Source: an uncultured Spirochaetota bacterium (lineage in GTDB: Bacteria > Spirochaetota > Spirochaetia > SZUA-6 > Fen-1364). Taken from it: DNA of 64,000 nucleotides. The position numbers were made by a program, and so were the translations under genes. A model generated the notes under the pieces. It did no database searches, had not been told where the DNA came from, and saw nothing but the letters and a program-made list of their open reading frames with translations. This document shows positions 31,199 to 41,309 of this stretch, piece after piece (positions within the stretch are counted from its first letter, which is position 1; each line of letters opens with the position of its first letter). The stretch is from contig CAVWBF010000022.1 of assembly GCA_963753085.1 (NCBI GenBank), forward strand, positions 177,086 through 241,085. Direction: 5' to 3'.

Positions 31199-33919
31199 AT
31201 GAAAAAGTTTCTCACCGTTGTCCTGAGGGTCGTTCTCGTCATTCTCTGCGTCGCTGTCCTGGGAGCCGCCTTCCTGGTGGGGCGCTGGCTCTTCCGCCAG
31301 GAGGATCCCCTTTCGTTCCTGCCGGAGCGCTACGTCGCGCTTGTCCAGGTGCCTTCCATCCGCGCCGTCTACGATGACTGGCTGAACCTTCCCGCCGCTG
31401 ACGTTGTCCTTTCCCGTCCCGAGCTTGCCTCCTACCGCGGCGCGCTCTCGGATGCGCGCGGGCTTGCCCTGACCAGGTCGCCAATCCTGCAGAGGCTGCT
31501 CGATGTCCATGCCGACATCGTTCTCCTCCCGGACAAGAAGGTCCTTGCCGTCCTGGACCTCGGGTGGCGGGGCATCCTGGCGCCGCTTGCCCGGGTTGTC
31601 GGCCCCGTTCTCTCGATCAATGGCTTCAGCTTTCTCAATGACGGGGGAGTCCAGATGTACCGCTACACGAGCGGACCTGCCACCATTCAGGCTGCTCTCA
31701 GGGAGAACGTTGCCGTCATTTCCCTGGATGAGGACGTGGTGAAGGATGCCCTGGCGCGAAGCGCCGGCGGCCGGGGGCTGGCGGCCAGGGCGAGCAGGGA
31801 CCTGATCGACATGCTTCGTCCGAGAAGCAGCCGGGCCGTGCGGGTGCTCGTTGAAACCCAGAGCCTTTCCGGCCAGCTTCTTGGCGGCAGCGGACCGGGG
31901 GAAAGCGTGATGTCCGCTCTCCAGCTGCCCGGCCAGTCGATCCTCGATGCCGAAGTGCTCTCCCTGGATCGAGCAGAAAATGCCGGGGGCGGCAGGAGCG
32001 TTTCCTCGTCTCCCGGGGGGCAAGCGAAGGGCCTTCGACTGGGCGCCGAGCTGCCCATTTCTCCGTCGCTCCCCGAGCTGCAAAAGGTTCTCTCGCTGGC
32101 GCCGCGGCCCATCGGGGTCCTCCGCTACGTTCCCTCCTCCGCATACCTCCTGAGCGTCGTCAACCTCGCGCCGCTTGCAGACCTCTACCGCCTGGCGGCC
32201 GCCGTGGAAGGCGCGAATGTCCAGGAGCTCTACAAGAAGGCGGACGATGCCGCCCGCTCCGTTGTCGGTGCTGGAATCGACGAGCTGGTCTTTTCCTGGA
32301 TAGGCTCCGAGGTCGGCGCTTTCCAGCTGCCCGGCTCGAACGAGGCGGTGTACTTTGCCAGGATCAGCGATGCAAAGGCCTGCGCCAGCGCAATCAGCAA
32401 GCTGACGGGATCCATCGTGGCCGGGAAAGACAGCTCCCTTGTTCTGGACGGGGTCAGAATCAACAGGCTTTCCATTCCGTGGTACGTCGGCATGATCCTG
32501 CAGGCCTTCAACGTAAGCGTGCCCGAGCCCTATTTTCTCATCCGGGGGGACTATTTCTTCTGCTCGCTTGATCCCGGCAACCTCGCCTCCGTTGTGAAGA
32601 CCGCGGACACGGGAGACAATATCGCGCTCTCCGGATCGTTCCCGCGGCTGACTGAACGGATCCCGGCGGATTCGTCCCTCATGGTCTGGTACGACAGGTC
32701 ACGGGCCCAGCCGTTCTTCCTGGCCGGGTCGGGCATCCTCCCCGAGGTGCTTCGGCTCTATGAGAGCGGAGTGATTGTCATCCGCGCCTCCTCCACCCGG
32801 GTTGGCGTCACGCTGCTGGCGGCCAGCGGGAACCAGGGCGCGGCCCAGCCGCTTCCCGGTTTCCCCCTGGCCGTGGACGGCGGCGTGGGCAGCAATCTCC
32901 TGGCGTTCCGGTTTGCGGATGCGGGCCCCGCGCTCCTGGCGTGGATCCGTGACAGGTCCACACTGGAGCTGGCAGACGCTGGCGGCACGCGAATCGCGGA
33001 AGCGAAGCTCGAGGCGGACAGCGTCCTGGTTCCCGAGACGCTTCGACCGGGAGTCCTTTCCGCAATCTGGGCCGTGTCGCCCGGAGGGACGGTCTGGCGC
33101 TTCGGCCCGAAGCTCGAGCCGCTTGCCCCGTTCCCCGTGGCCACCGCCGTTGCCAGCTCCATGCCGCCCGCGCTCGTGGGCGGAAAGCTCGAGCTTTTCT
33201 CCCGGGCTGATTCCACCCTTGTCCTGATCGGGCCGGACGGCAGCCGCGCGGCTTCGGGTGACAGGGTCGAGGCTCCCCTGCTGTCAGACCCCGATTCCCT
33301 GGGAACCCGCATTGCGTTCTATCCGAAGAGCTTCGACGCGCGGATACACCTGAGGGATCTTTCAGGCGCCGAGGCACCGGGCTGGCCGGTGAGTGCTTCC
33401 GGGATCTCTTTCTGCGCGCCCCGATTCGTCCCGGTGCCCGGCGCCTTCCGCGTCACCTTCCTTACCCAGGCCGGGCTCCTCTACGCATGGGATCCCGCGG
33501 GCTCTCCCGTGCCGCAGTTCCCCCTGACCCTTCCCGGAGTTTTCTACACCACACCGGAGGTGCTCAGCGTGGACGGGCAGGGGGCCCTTGCCATCCTGGC
33601 GCAGGACGGCACGCTGAGCATTGTCGGGATGAACGGCGCGGTGCTTCGACAGACGGTGGTCCCTGACCTGGACGGGAAGGACGCGCGAATGCTCGTCGCG
33701 GACCTGTATCGGGACGGCCGGCAGGAGATACTCCTGTACGGCTCGGGAGCTTTCATCGCCGGCTACGATTCATCCCTCCGCCCCCTGGCAGGGTTCCCGC
33801 TGAAAGGCGTTTCACCTCCGCAGCTCCTGGAGCTGAACCACGACGGGAGGCTGGACCTCGTCACTGCGGGGCTGGACGGAAAGATCTACGCGTACGCGCT
33901 GCGGAAGGCCGGCAGGTGA
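31199..33919 (+). CDS. Large membrane-anchored hypothetical protein with C-terminal FG-GAP / beta-propeller-like repeats
   Basis: 906 aa with an N-terminal TM anchor (VVLRVVLVILCVAVLGAAFLV). C-terminal repeats LYRDGRQEILLYGSG and LNHDGRLDLVTAGLDGKIYAY. Starts 7 nt after htpG. Confidence 0.5.
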   Translation: MKKFLTVVLRVVLVILCVAVLGAAFLVGRWLFRQEDPLSFLPERYVALVQVPSIRAVYDDWLNLPAADVVLSRPELASYRGALSDARGLALTRSPILQRLLDVHADIVLLPDKKVLAVLDLGWRGILAPLARVVGPVLSINGFSFLNDGGVQMYRYTSGPATIQAALRENVAVISLDEDVVKDALARSAGGRGLAARASRDLIDMLRPRSSRAVRVLVETQSLSGQLLGGSGPGESVMSALQLPGQSILDAEVLSLDRAENAGGGRSVSSSPGGQAKGLRLGAELPISPSLPELQKVLSLAPRPIGVLRYVPSSAYLLSVVNLAPLADLYRLAAAVEGANVQELYKKADDAARSVVGAGIDELVFSWIGSEVGAFQLPGSNEAVYFARISDAKACASAISKLTGSIVAGKDSSLVLDGVRINRLSIPWYVGMILQAFNVSVPEPYFLIRGDYFFCSLDPGNLASVVKTADTGDNIALSGSFPRLTERIPADSSLMVWYDRSRAQPFFLAGSGILPEVLRLYESGVIVIRASSTRVGVTLLAASGNQGAAQPLPGFPLAVDGGVGSNLLAFRFADAGPALLAWIRDRSTLELADAGGTRIAEAKLEADSVLVPETLRPGVLSAIWAVSPGGTVWRFGPKLEPLAPFPVATAVASSMPPALVGGKLELFSRADSTLVLIGPDGSRAASGDRVEAPLLSDPDSLGTRIAFYPKSFDARIHLRDLSGAEAPGWPVSASGISFCAPRFVPVPGAFRVTFLTQAGLLYAWDPAGSPVPQFPLTLPGVFYTTPEVLSVDGQGALAILAQDGTLSIVGMNGAVLRQTVVPDLDGKDARMLVADLYRDGRQEILLYGSGAFIAGYDSSLRPLAGFPLKGVSPPQLLELNHDGRLDLVTAGLDGKIYAYALRKAGR

Positions 33920-34986
33920 ATCGACGCCGCGTCTTCACTCTTGCAGCGTGCGTCTTCTGCCTCATGCTCTCCTGCCAGAGCTCGCCGTCGGACCGCGTGG
34001 AGGCCAGCCCGGGAGCGCAGGACCTCGCACGGCTGGACGCAATCGAGCTGAAGCTTCTCGACTTGAAGCTCACCCCTGATGCGGCGGGCCTTGCCGGCGT
34101 GCGCTTGCAGCTGGACGGCATTGCCTCGCGGCCCGGTCAGGGCCGCCTGCTTTCCGCGCGGGTTCGGGCGCTGCAGGGCCAGGCCGCCCTCATGGCGGAT
34201 GATCGCTCTGGCGCGCGGAGCTTTGCTGATGCGGCGGCCGCTCTTTCCGACTCAGAGGACGGGGTATGGCTGGTCAGGGCCGGCCTCGAGAGCGACCCGG
34301 CAAGGCGTCTTGCCGTTCTGGACCTGGGCCTGGCAAAGGCGGATCGCAAACCCCGCCTTCTCTGCGAGCGGGGAGAGGAGCTTCTCAGGCAGGGCCGGTA
34401 CGCGGAGGCCGCGCAGGATCTCGACGAAGGCCTGCGGGGGCTCGATGACCGCTACAAGGCACTCTACGGAGCTGATCGTGAGAAGGCCCTTTCCCTGGCG
34501 CAGGCCGTCCAGACCTCTCCTGCAACTGCCGCGGCTCTCAGCCCGGATGCGCTGCAGGCCCCTCTCACCATTCGATCAATGGTGGAAAGAGCGTTCTCGG
34601 GAACGCACCTTCTCAGCGCCCTTTCCCCCCGGCAGAGCCCGTCGTTCGAGGACACCCGTTCCGCGGTGGCTGCCGCTGGCCTTCTCCTGCAGCCCGACGC
34701 TTCCCCGGATGCGCCTGCCGCGCGCAGGGATGTCGCCTTCTTCCTCTGGGGGATTGTGCTTCGCGCGGAAAGAAACCCGAAGCTCGTGGGCATGTACCGA
34801 AGCAAGTACTCCAGCAGCCCCGTGCCGGATGTGCCCGCGGATGCTCCCTGGTTCGAGGCGACCCTCGGCCTGGTGGAGCGCGAGATCATGGACCTGCCGG
34901 ACGGCGTGCACTTCCAGCCGGACGGCGCGGTGAGCCGCGTGGACTACCTGCAGATGCTGAACCGTCTGCAGAAGATGTATCCGTAG
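33916..34986 (+). CDS. Hypothetical lipoprotein with a possible C-terminal SLH-like segment
   Basis: GTG start overlapping the upstream stop as GTGA. Lipobox LMLSC. The C-terminal HFQPDGAVSRVDYLQMLNRL resembles an S-layer-homology motif, but only weakly. Confidence 0.4.
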   Translation: MNRRRVFTLAACVFCLMLSCQSSPSDRVEASPGAQDLARLDAIELKLLDLKLTPDAAGLAGVRLQLDGIASRPGQGRLLSARVRALQGQAALMADDRSGARSFADAAAALSDSEDGVWLVRAGLESDPARRLAVLDLGLAKADRKPRLLCERGEELLRQGRYAEAAQDLDEGLRGLDDRYKALYGADREKALSLAQAVQTSPATAAALSPDALQAPLTIRSMVERAFSGTHLLSALSPRQSPSFEDTRSAVAAAGLLLQPDASPDAPAARRDVAFFLWGIVLRAERNPKLVGMYRSKYSSSPVPDVPADAPWFEATLGLVEREIMDLPDGVHFQPDGAVSRVDYLQMLNRLQKMYP

Positions 34987-35090
34987 CCAGGGATGGCGGA
35001 GCCGCGCCGAGCACAGGACGTGCGGAAGGCGCGGCAGTAGCCAGGGATGGCGGAGCCGCGCCGAGCACAGGACGTGCGGAAGGCGCGGCG
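34983..35090. repeat. Perfect 54-bp tandem duplication (two copies) spanning the stop of the upstream gene and the leader of the ADH gene
   Basis: Positions 34983-35035 are identical to 35037-35089, with a period of 54 nt. Each copy contains ATGGCGGAGCCG...: copy 1 closes a 15-codon mini-ORF, and copy 2 was called as the ADH start by the ORF finder. Confidence 0.85.
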
Positions 35091-35103
35091 AAAGGTGGTC
35101 CCC

Positions 35104-36069
35104 ATGGTGACGTCGCGCTACGCGGAGCTGGTCGCACAGCGCCAGATGGCTTTGAAAGAGGAAAAGCTCGAATGCGGGCACGACGAGATGCTGGTCCGCA
35201 CCACCCACTGCGGGCTGTGCCAGTACGACGGCAGCTACTTCAAGGGCATCATCGGCACCCTTCCCCAGAGGCTGGGGCATGAGCCGGTGGGCGTGGTGGA
35301 GCAGGTCGGGAAGAACGTTGCCGGTTTCAAGGTCGGTGATCGCGTGACGGGCCTGTTTGCCCATCTGCGCTCGTTCGCCACGTACTGCATCGCGGACCCG
35401 AAGCTCGCCGTGCCGGTGCCTCCGGGAGTGCCGTCGGAGCTCGCGCTGGGGGAGCCCTTGAAGTGCATTTCCACCATTGCCAGGGCCGCCAATCCGCAAT
35501 TCGGGGACCATGTGCTTCTCATCGGCGCGGGCTTCATGGGTCTCCTCGTGGTGGCCGCGCTGCGGGGAAGCGCGGAGGGACACCTGATCGTCGCCGACAT
35601 AAACGATGACCGCCTGAAGCTCGCACGTCAGTGCGGCGCCGCCGAGACACTGCGAAGCGACGACCCGGCGTTCCTGGATCGGGTCCGGGACCTGACGCGC
35701 GGCCACGGGATCGACGTGGCGGTGGAGGTTGTCGGCCTTCCGGCGCCCGCGGAGCTTGCCGCAAAGACCCTGCGCCGCGGCGGCCGCCCTCGGTACGTCC
35801 TGGCGGGATGGCACGGCCAGCCCGGCACGTTCACCCTGAGAAACTGGACCACGGTGGGGGCGGAGATCATCTCCGCGCACCCCTCGTATTCCCTCGACCC
35901 GATGGAAGATCTGCGCCGCGGCATGGACGCCCTGGCCAGGGGCGTCTTTCCCATGGAGAAGCTCGTCACTCACCGTTTTCCACTTTCGCGCGTGCAGGAG
36001 GGAATGGAAACGATGGTGGGAGGCACGCCCGGCTACATCAAGGGCGTGATCGAGATGGGCCGAGGTTAG
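35104..36069 (+). CDS. Zinc-dependent alcohol dehydrogenase (MDR family, threonine/sorbitol dehydrogenase-like)
   Basis: Catalytic-zinc ligands (C-G-H-E pattern, GHEPVG) and Rossmann motif GAGFMGLL. Start chosen at the ATG at 35104, which has an AAAGGTGG ribosome-binding site. The ORF-track start at 35047 lies inside the repeat. Confidence 0.8.
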   Translation: MVTSRYAELVAQRQMALKEEKLECGHDEMLVRTTHCGLCQYDGSYFKGIIGTLPQRLGHEPVGVVEQVGKNVAGFKVGDRVTGLFAHLRSFATYCIADPKLAVPVPPGVPSELALGEPLKCISTIARAANPQFGDHVLLIGAGFMGLLVVAALRGSAEGHLIVADINDDRLKLARQCGAAETLRSDDPAFLDRVRDLTRGHGIDVAVEVVGLPAPAELAAKTLRRGGRPRYVLAGWHGQPGTFTLRNWTTVGAEIISAHPSYSLDPMEDLRRGMDALARGVFPMEKLVTHRFPLSRVQEGMETMVGGTPGYIKGVIEMGRG

Positions 36070-36089
36070 ATACTGCGTGCCCTCGGGCC

Positions 36090-37928
36090 TCAGAGCACCG
36101 AAAAATAGACGGCCCCCACGGCCTGCGCGAATTGCGCAACGGTGTAGCGGCCATCATCGCGCAGTTGACGCATGAGGCCCGTTGCCGCCAGGTCATCGTC
36201 AGCGACCTCGATCGCGAGGTCAGGGGAAACGCGCGAAGCGCCCTCCCTGATGAGTGCCATGCACGCTGGGTCTTTCACGACCCGACCGAACAGCACGGGG
36301 CGCATGACGCGCACACCAAGTATCTGCTTCGTTTCCCGACACGTCACGGCAAGATACTCGCCGATTTCCCGAAAAACGTCGCGGATCGTTTCATCTCGTC
36401 CTCCCGCCGCAAGGCGCATGAGGAGCTCGAGCAATGGCTTTCGCATGTCCCGGGGCTCGGTGGCAATGGATATCGTCCCGTCCTTCAGCGTGCAATAGCC
36501 GTCTCTGAAGATCTCGTCATACAGATCGGGCCGGCTCCTGCTGAAATGCTTGAGTGCCAGACGGAAGACGCCGCTCTGGCACACGTATTTCTGAACGGTG
36601 CCGGCCAGCCCGGTATTGAAGTTGTTGATGCTTCGCGGATCATCCGCGCCGAACTCCCGCTCGGGGAGACTGCCGAGATCGATGATGTAGTTGTACACTT
36701 CGAGGGGGATCTCCGGCAGGTGTCCCGCCGGGTCGAGCCATCCCGTGCCAAGCTCGGTCCCCAAGGTAAAGGCAATGATGCCGTCGTCGGCATTCCGCTG
36801 TCCCGAAACGGCACCTTCAAGCGCCGCGGTGAATGCTGCCATGGGTCCGTCGTTGATGTTTCTGAACCTCCCCCCAGGGCGGCAGAACGCTGAAAGCTTT
36901 CGGTCGAGGTTCGTGATCTGGGCGAAATCGGATTCGAAGTCGATGGCGGGGTTGCCCCTGATCCCCCGCGTCTTGTACACCTCCCCACCCACGATCTTGT
37001 TTCGAACCACGACATCGGGAAAACACATGCCGATGGCGTCCAGCCCCGCCAGATGGGGACCGAGGTACGTTTCCAGCTTGTCGACCGCGGCCCTGATCTC
37101 CTCGTCGCGCGCCCCCGCGCCTGCCACCGAGTCGAGCCGGGAGGCGAGTGTTTCACGCCGCTTCGCCGCGGGGATGCGCTCTACCGCGGCGCGCGCCCGC
37201 CCCCACCGCGCAAGCAGAGCGATGGGGTCAACGAGCTGGCGGGATTCCGTAAACCGGGCGGGGAACCAATCGTACTCCTTGTATCCGACGATGCGCTCGT
37301 GGACACACACGATCAGCTTGATATCGGTTCCTCCGATATCCATCCCGATTGCGGCGGCTCCCGCAAGGCGGCCGGGCACTTCTTTCAGCCGGGCGCTCAG
37401 TGGGGGCCCGTTCAAAGAGGCTGACGCGGCCGCCGAAGGAGGGGCCCGACCGATATCCTCGATGAAGAAACGAAACGACGCCGTCGGCGTTGTCGCCTCG
37501 TCAAGTGCGTCCGTCATCCGTTCCGCGACGTTGAGGCAGCGTCCGTAGCCCTGGCGGCGTCTCTTTGCCACGCCGGTTCCGAAACTGTCGTCGAGCGACT
37601 GGAGGAGGGCCGTGATGCCCTTTTCAGCAACGGGCCGGTAGAACGTCAGCGATCTGCCTCCGTAGGTGGAGAGGATGTTATAGACCCGTGCCTCCAGATA
37701 TCTGCGCATGAACGCTGACTGTTCCGCACTCGCGGCATCGGGCCGCGGCAGGGAAAGGGTGAACTCCCGGGCCTCGGGCTGGTCTGCCGCGCGCAGCGTC
37801 AGTCGGACCGGGACTGCGTCGGGATGACCATCCAGGGCATCGGAGACATCGGTGATGTACACCGGCCGTCCGCTCGATGCGGCTTCAAGGAATGAGTCAA
37901 TGCGTTCAACCAGGCTCTTCTTGCTCAT
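36090..37928 (-). CDS. ASKHA-superfamily (ROK/glucokinase-like) protein with a ~190-aa N-terminal extension. Co-operonic with GRE module 1.
   Basis: 612 aa. Phosphate-1 motif AIGMDIGGTDIKLIV and later ASKHA-like blocks (FTLGTELGTGWL). Its start overlaps the activase 3' end by 23 nt. Confidence 0.55.
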   Translation of the reverse strand: MSKKSLVERIDSFLEAASSGRPVYITDVSDALDGHPDAVPVRLTLRAADQPEAREFTLSLPRPDAASAEQSAFMRRYLEARVYNILSTYGGRSLTFYRPVAEKGITALLQSLDDSFGTGVAKRRRQGYGRCLNVAERMTDALDEATTPTASFRFFIEDIGRAPPSAAASASLNGPPLSARLKEVPGRLAGAAAIGMDIGGTDIKLIVCVHERIVGYKEYDWFPARFTESRQLVDPIALLARWGRARAAVERIPAAKRRETLASRLDSVAGAGARDEEIRAAVDKLETYLGPHLAGLDAIGMCFPDVVVRNKIVGGEVYKTRGIRGNPAIDFESDFAQITNLDRKLSAFCRPGGRFRNINDGPMAAFTAALEGAVSGQRNADDGIIAFTLGTELGTGWLDPAGHLPEIPLEVYNYIIDLGSLPEREFGADDPRSINNFNTGLAGTVQKYVCQSGVFRLALKHFSRSRPDLYDEIFRDGYCTLKDGTISIATEPRDMRKPLLELLMRLAAGGRDETIRDVFREIGEYLAVTCRETKQILGVRVMRPVLFGRVVKDPACMALIREGASRVSPDLAIEVADDDLAATGLMRQLRDDGRYTVAQFAQAVGAVYFSVL

Positions 37929-38835
37929 CCAGGACCCTTTTCACTCCCGCGTTCTGCAGAACCTGTCGGAACGCGGCAAGCTCGGGCGGCGAATAGCGCC
38001 GTGAATCGCTGGGGAATGCCCATCTCTGCCCGAGGCGCCGGTACTTCGCCTCCGCGAAGGGATTGAAGTTCAACAGCTCCACGGGAGGCTGCGGCTGGAG
38101 GCCGGCGACGATTCGCCCTATTCCTTGCAGGTTGGATTCAGTCGCCGTGAGCTCCGGGATGAGCGGTATTCGCACAACGAGATTCGCCCGAACGCGGATC
38201 AGGTACTGGAGGTTCCGGAGTATCGGTACGAGGGACCACCCCAGCAGTTCCCGGTGCCGGCGCTCGTCGGCAACCTTGACATCGACGAACACCTCATCCG
38301 TCACCCGAGCCATCGCCTCCACGTGCGAAAGCCGCGCGGCCAGGCATGTCTCGATGGCCGTGCCTGCTCCCTTCTTCCGGCAGCCGGCAAGCACCTCCAC
38401 GGCAAACTCAGGCTGCAGAAGCGGCTCGCCTCCGCTCAATGTCACTCCCCCCCGGGATACGTCGAAGAAGGTCTGGTCGCGGAGCAGCTCGCTGACCGCC
38501 TCCTCAGAGCTCATCTCCCGCGCATCGAAAGCCATTGCGCCGGTCGGGCACGCCTCTACGCATCTCCCGCACTTTGTGCACCGCGTTTCGTCGACACGCA
38601 CGTCGCGCACTGAATCCGCCACGGACAGCGCCGATTCCGCACAGACGTGGAGGCACGTCCCGCAGCCGATGCACCGCGCCGCCGTATGGAACAGCCTCTG
38701 CCCGGAGACCATCCCCTCCGGATTGTGGCACCAGGGGCACCGAAGGGGGCATCCCTTGAGAAAGAGCGTGCTCCGAAGGCCCTGCCCATCATGAATGGAG
38801 AAGCGCTTGCAGTCGAACACCCAGCCGGTGGTCAT
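37906..38835 (-). CDS. Glycyl-radical enzyme activating enzyme (radical SAM, with two auxiliary ferredoxin-like 4Fe-4S clusters)
   Basis: Radical-SAM motif CPLRCPWCHNPE after FDCKRFSIHDGQGLR. Two CxxCxxCxxxCP motifs (CIGCGTCLHVC; CTKCGRCVEACP). Its ATG overlaps the GRE stop as ATGA. Confidence 0.88.
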   Translation of the reverse strand: MTTGWVFDCKRFSIHDGQGLRSTLFLKGCPLRCPWCHNPEGMVSGQRLFHTAARCIGCGTCLHVCAESALSVADSVRDVRVDETRCTKCGRCVEACPTGAMAFDAREMSSEEAVSELLRDQTFFDVSRGGVTLSGGEPLLQPEFAVEVLAGCRKKGAGTAIETCLAARLSHVEAMARVTDEVFVDVKVADERRHRELLGWSLVPILRNLQYLIRVRANLVVRIPLIPELTATESNLQGIGRIVAGLQPQPPVELLNFNPFAEAKYRRLGQRWAFPSDSRRYSPPELAAFRQVLQNAGVKRVLDEQEEPG

Positions 38836-41204
38836 GATGACAACCCATGGGTTGTGCGCTCGATGATCTCCTCCTGGAGGTCAGCTGCCAGCTCGGTATA
38901 ATAGGCGGTGTATCCGGCCACCCGCACGGTGAGGTTCCGGTACCGGTCGGGGTTCTCGCGAGCAGCCCGCAAGTCCGCTTCGTTGATGACATTGAACTGT
39001 ACATGGCTGATCTTCAGGCGAACGAACGCGCGGAGGAATTGGGAAAAGGCCTTCAATCCACGCGCGTCTGCAAACAGCTCGGGAGAGAATTTCAGGTTCA
39101 ACAGGGTTCCATTGCTGCCGAGCTTTGAATCCACCCGGGCCACTGAATTGAGCACCGCCGTTGGTCCGTTCATATCCCTTCCGTAGAGCGCGGACATCCC
39201 TCCATCGGCAAGCGGCGTTCGCGCGCGCCTGCCGTCAGGAGTCGCGCCGACGTTCTGGCCCATGGGCACGTGCGCCGAGACCGTGTACAGACCAGTGTGG
39301 TAGCGCCCCCCCCTGGCGTTGGTGTACTTCCGCAGCCCCTCCGCGAACACCCTCACCCATGTATGCGCCAGCTCGTCAACCCACTCCACGTCGTTGCCGT
39401 ACTTCGGCGCCTTGTTCACGAGCCGGTGCATCAGAATCTGGTCGGACTGGAAATCCGTTTCCATGCCCCGCAGCACTTTCTCCGCGGTCACCACCTTCTC
39501 TTCGTACACCAGCTTCTTGAGGGCGGCCAGGCTATCCGCGACGTTGGCCGGCTGGATGGCCTGGATCCCCGACAGGTTGTAGTGGGCTCCGCCGCGCGTG
39601 ACGTCGACCCCCGTGTCGATGCAATCACGGATGACGGATGAGAGAAACGGGGTGGGCAGCAGCTCGCCATGGATCCGGTCCACGGTGTCGCAGCAGCGGA
39701 TCATGCGCCCGGTGAAGTGTTCGATCTGCCGGGCGAATGCCGCTTCGAGCTGCTCGAACGTGTGGAAATCGGTAAGTCTCCCGAGGTTCAGCCCGAGGGG
39801 CTTGCGGTCCACGAGGCAGAAGCCGCCCGTCAGCGTCAGCTCGAGCGCCTTGACGAGGTTGAACATGGCAGCGTCGCTCCAGCCCAGGTTGTTTCCGTGC
39901 GTGGTCAGCTCCACGCAGCCCACGATGGCGTAGTTGCGCGCGTCGGCCTCGGTGATGCCGACCCCCCGAAGCGCCGGAATCACCGCCTGGTCGCTGAACA
40001 CCTGCGGCATTCCGCTTCCTCTTCCAATGACCCGCGAACACGCCATGAGCAGGTCGTCGGGGCTGCCTTCGAACAGCCTGGCGGAGAGATTGGGCTGGGG
40101 GAGGCCGATCAGCTCCTGGGCCCTGAGGAAAAGGAAGGAGAGCTCGTTCGATGCATCCCGGCCGGCGCCGTCCTGGCCGCCGAGGGCGACGTTGAAGCCG
40201 ATGGGGAATCCCGCGAAATACTTTGCGCTGTGCGAATTGCGCAGGTAGACGATCTGGTTGAACTTGAGCCACAACGCGCATACCAGCTCCAGGGCGCCCG
40301 GCAGGTCCAGCGCCCCCGAGTCCAGGTCCGCCCGCATGTACGGGTACAAGTACTGGTCCACGCGGCCCGGGGAGAAGGAGGAAGCGTTGGATTCCATGTG
40401 GAGAATCACGAACAGGAACCAGACCGATTGAAGGGCTTCGCGGAAAGTGCGCGGCGGACGGTCGGCCAGGCCGTCGCAGATGCGTGCCACCCCGGCAAGC
40501 TCCTCATCGGCGGTCCCCGCCGGCCCGCTCGCCAATTCGCGTGCCAGTGCCGCGTACCGCCTCATGAACGTGCGGGCGCCTTCCAGGCTGAGAATCACCG
40601 CCTCGAAGAAGCGACCCGGATCACACCGCGTGCGGGCTCGCTCCTCCGCCTCCCGCTGCAGCCCCGCGGGTCCGAGACGCAGCCACCCTTCGGCGTCCGG
40701 GCAGATGTGGCCCTGGGCATGATCCTTCTGGTTGATCTTCACGACGCGCGCAATCGCGTCGATCTCCGGGCCGATCTCTTTCCTGATGGCGTCCTCGAGG
40801 GTGTGACCGGACCAGTACGGGAGGATCTCGTCACGGAAGGTCCGCACGTCCTCCGCGCGCACGTTGAACCGATCCTGCTCGCGCGTCGGGAGCTGCTCTA
40901 TTTCCTTGTCCACCCACGATATGCCTGCCTCGGGGAACACCACCCCGGCACGCACGCCGGCCGTCCGGTTGCCCACAATGAGCTCTCCCGGGTCTATCCG
41001 GATCTTCATCTCGCTCAGGCAGGCCTGGAGTGACCTCGCTCTTCGGACGATGACCGGCTCCCCCTCCGTCTCGCGGTACACTCTCGTGATTATTCCCGCC
41101 TGTTCTATTGAAAGGAACCGCGGCTCGGCCAGCATTTCGCTCTTGAGCTGCTCGAAGCGCCCGCTCAGCGGAAGCCGCTCTATCTCTGCGACATACTCAC
41201 GCAT
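38832..41204 (-). CDS. Glycyl radical enzyme, eliminase/dehydratase type (PFL superfamily), substrate unknown: GRE 1
   Basis: 790 aa. C-terminal glycyl-radical motif TVRVAGYTAYY and active-site block IVGCVELTTHGNN (the Cys-x-Glu typical of 1,2-eliminases such as glycerol/propanediol dehydratase, CutC and HypD). Confidence 0.9.
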   Translation of the reverse strand: MREYVAEIERLPLSGRFEQLKSEMLAEPRFLSIEQAGIITRVYRETEGEPVIVRRARSLQACLSEMKIRIDPGELIVGNRTAGVRAGVVFPEAGISWVDKEIEQLPTREQDRFNVRAEDVRTFRDEILPYWSGHTLEDAIRKEIGPEIDAIARVVKINQKDHAQGHICPDAEGWLRLGPAGLQREAEERARTRCDPGRFFEAVILSLEGARTFMRRYAALARELASGPAGTADEELAGVARICDGLADRPPRTFREALQSVWFLFVILHMESNASSFSPGRVDQYLYPYMRADLDSGALDLPGALELVCALWLKFNQIVYLRNSHSAKYFAGFPIGFNVALGGQDGAGRDASNELSFLFLRAQELIGLPQPNLSARLFEGSPDDLLMACSRVIGRGSGMPQVFSDQAVIPALRGVGITEADARNYAIVGCVELTTHGNNLGWSDAAMFNLVKALELTLTGGFCLVDRKPLGLNLGRLTDFHTFEQLEAAFARQIEHFTGRMIRCCDTVDRIHGELLPTPFLSSVIRDCIDTGVDVTRGGAHYNLSGIQAIQPANVADSLAALKKLVYEEKVVTAEKVLRGMETDFQSDQILMHRLVNKAPKYGNDVEWVDELAHTWVRVFAEGLRKYTNARGGRYHTGLYTVSAHVPMGQNVGATPDGRRARTPLADGGMSALYGRDMNGPTAVLNSVARVDSKLGSNGTLLNLKFSPELFADARGLKAFSQFLRAFVRLKISHVQFNVINEADLRAARENPDRYRNLTVRVAGYTAYYTELAADLQEEIIERTTHGLSS

Positions 41205-41309
41205 ATCATCCCTTTGTCACGTCATTTCTCCCGCCGAAAGCATATCGCTCAACCAGGGCGGGAAACAACTCAGAAAACTGGCAGGAAAGTGCAGAAAAGT
41301 GAAGTCGAA

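Noticed and set aside
34993-35040. 15-codon mini-ORF (MAEPRRAQDVRKARQ*) in copy 1 of the 54-bp tandem repeat, and the ORF-track ADH start at 35047 in copy 2
   Set aside because: It is an artefact of the duplicated sequence. The ADH most plausibly starts at 35104, which has a strong ribosome-binding site, and the N-terminal 19 aa from 35047 contribute nothing to the conserved ADH fold.
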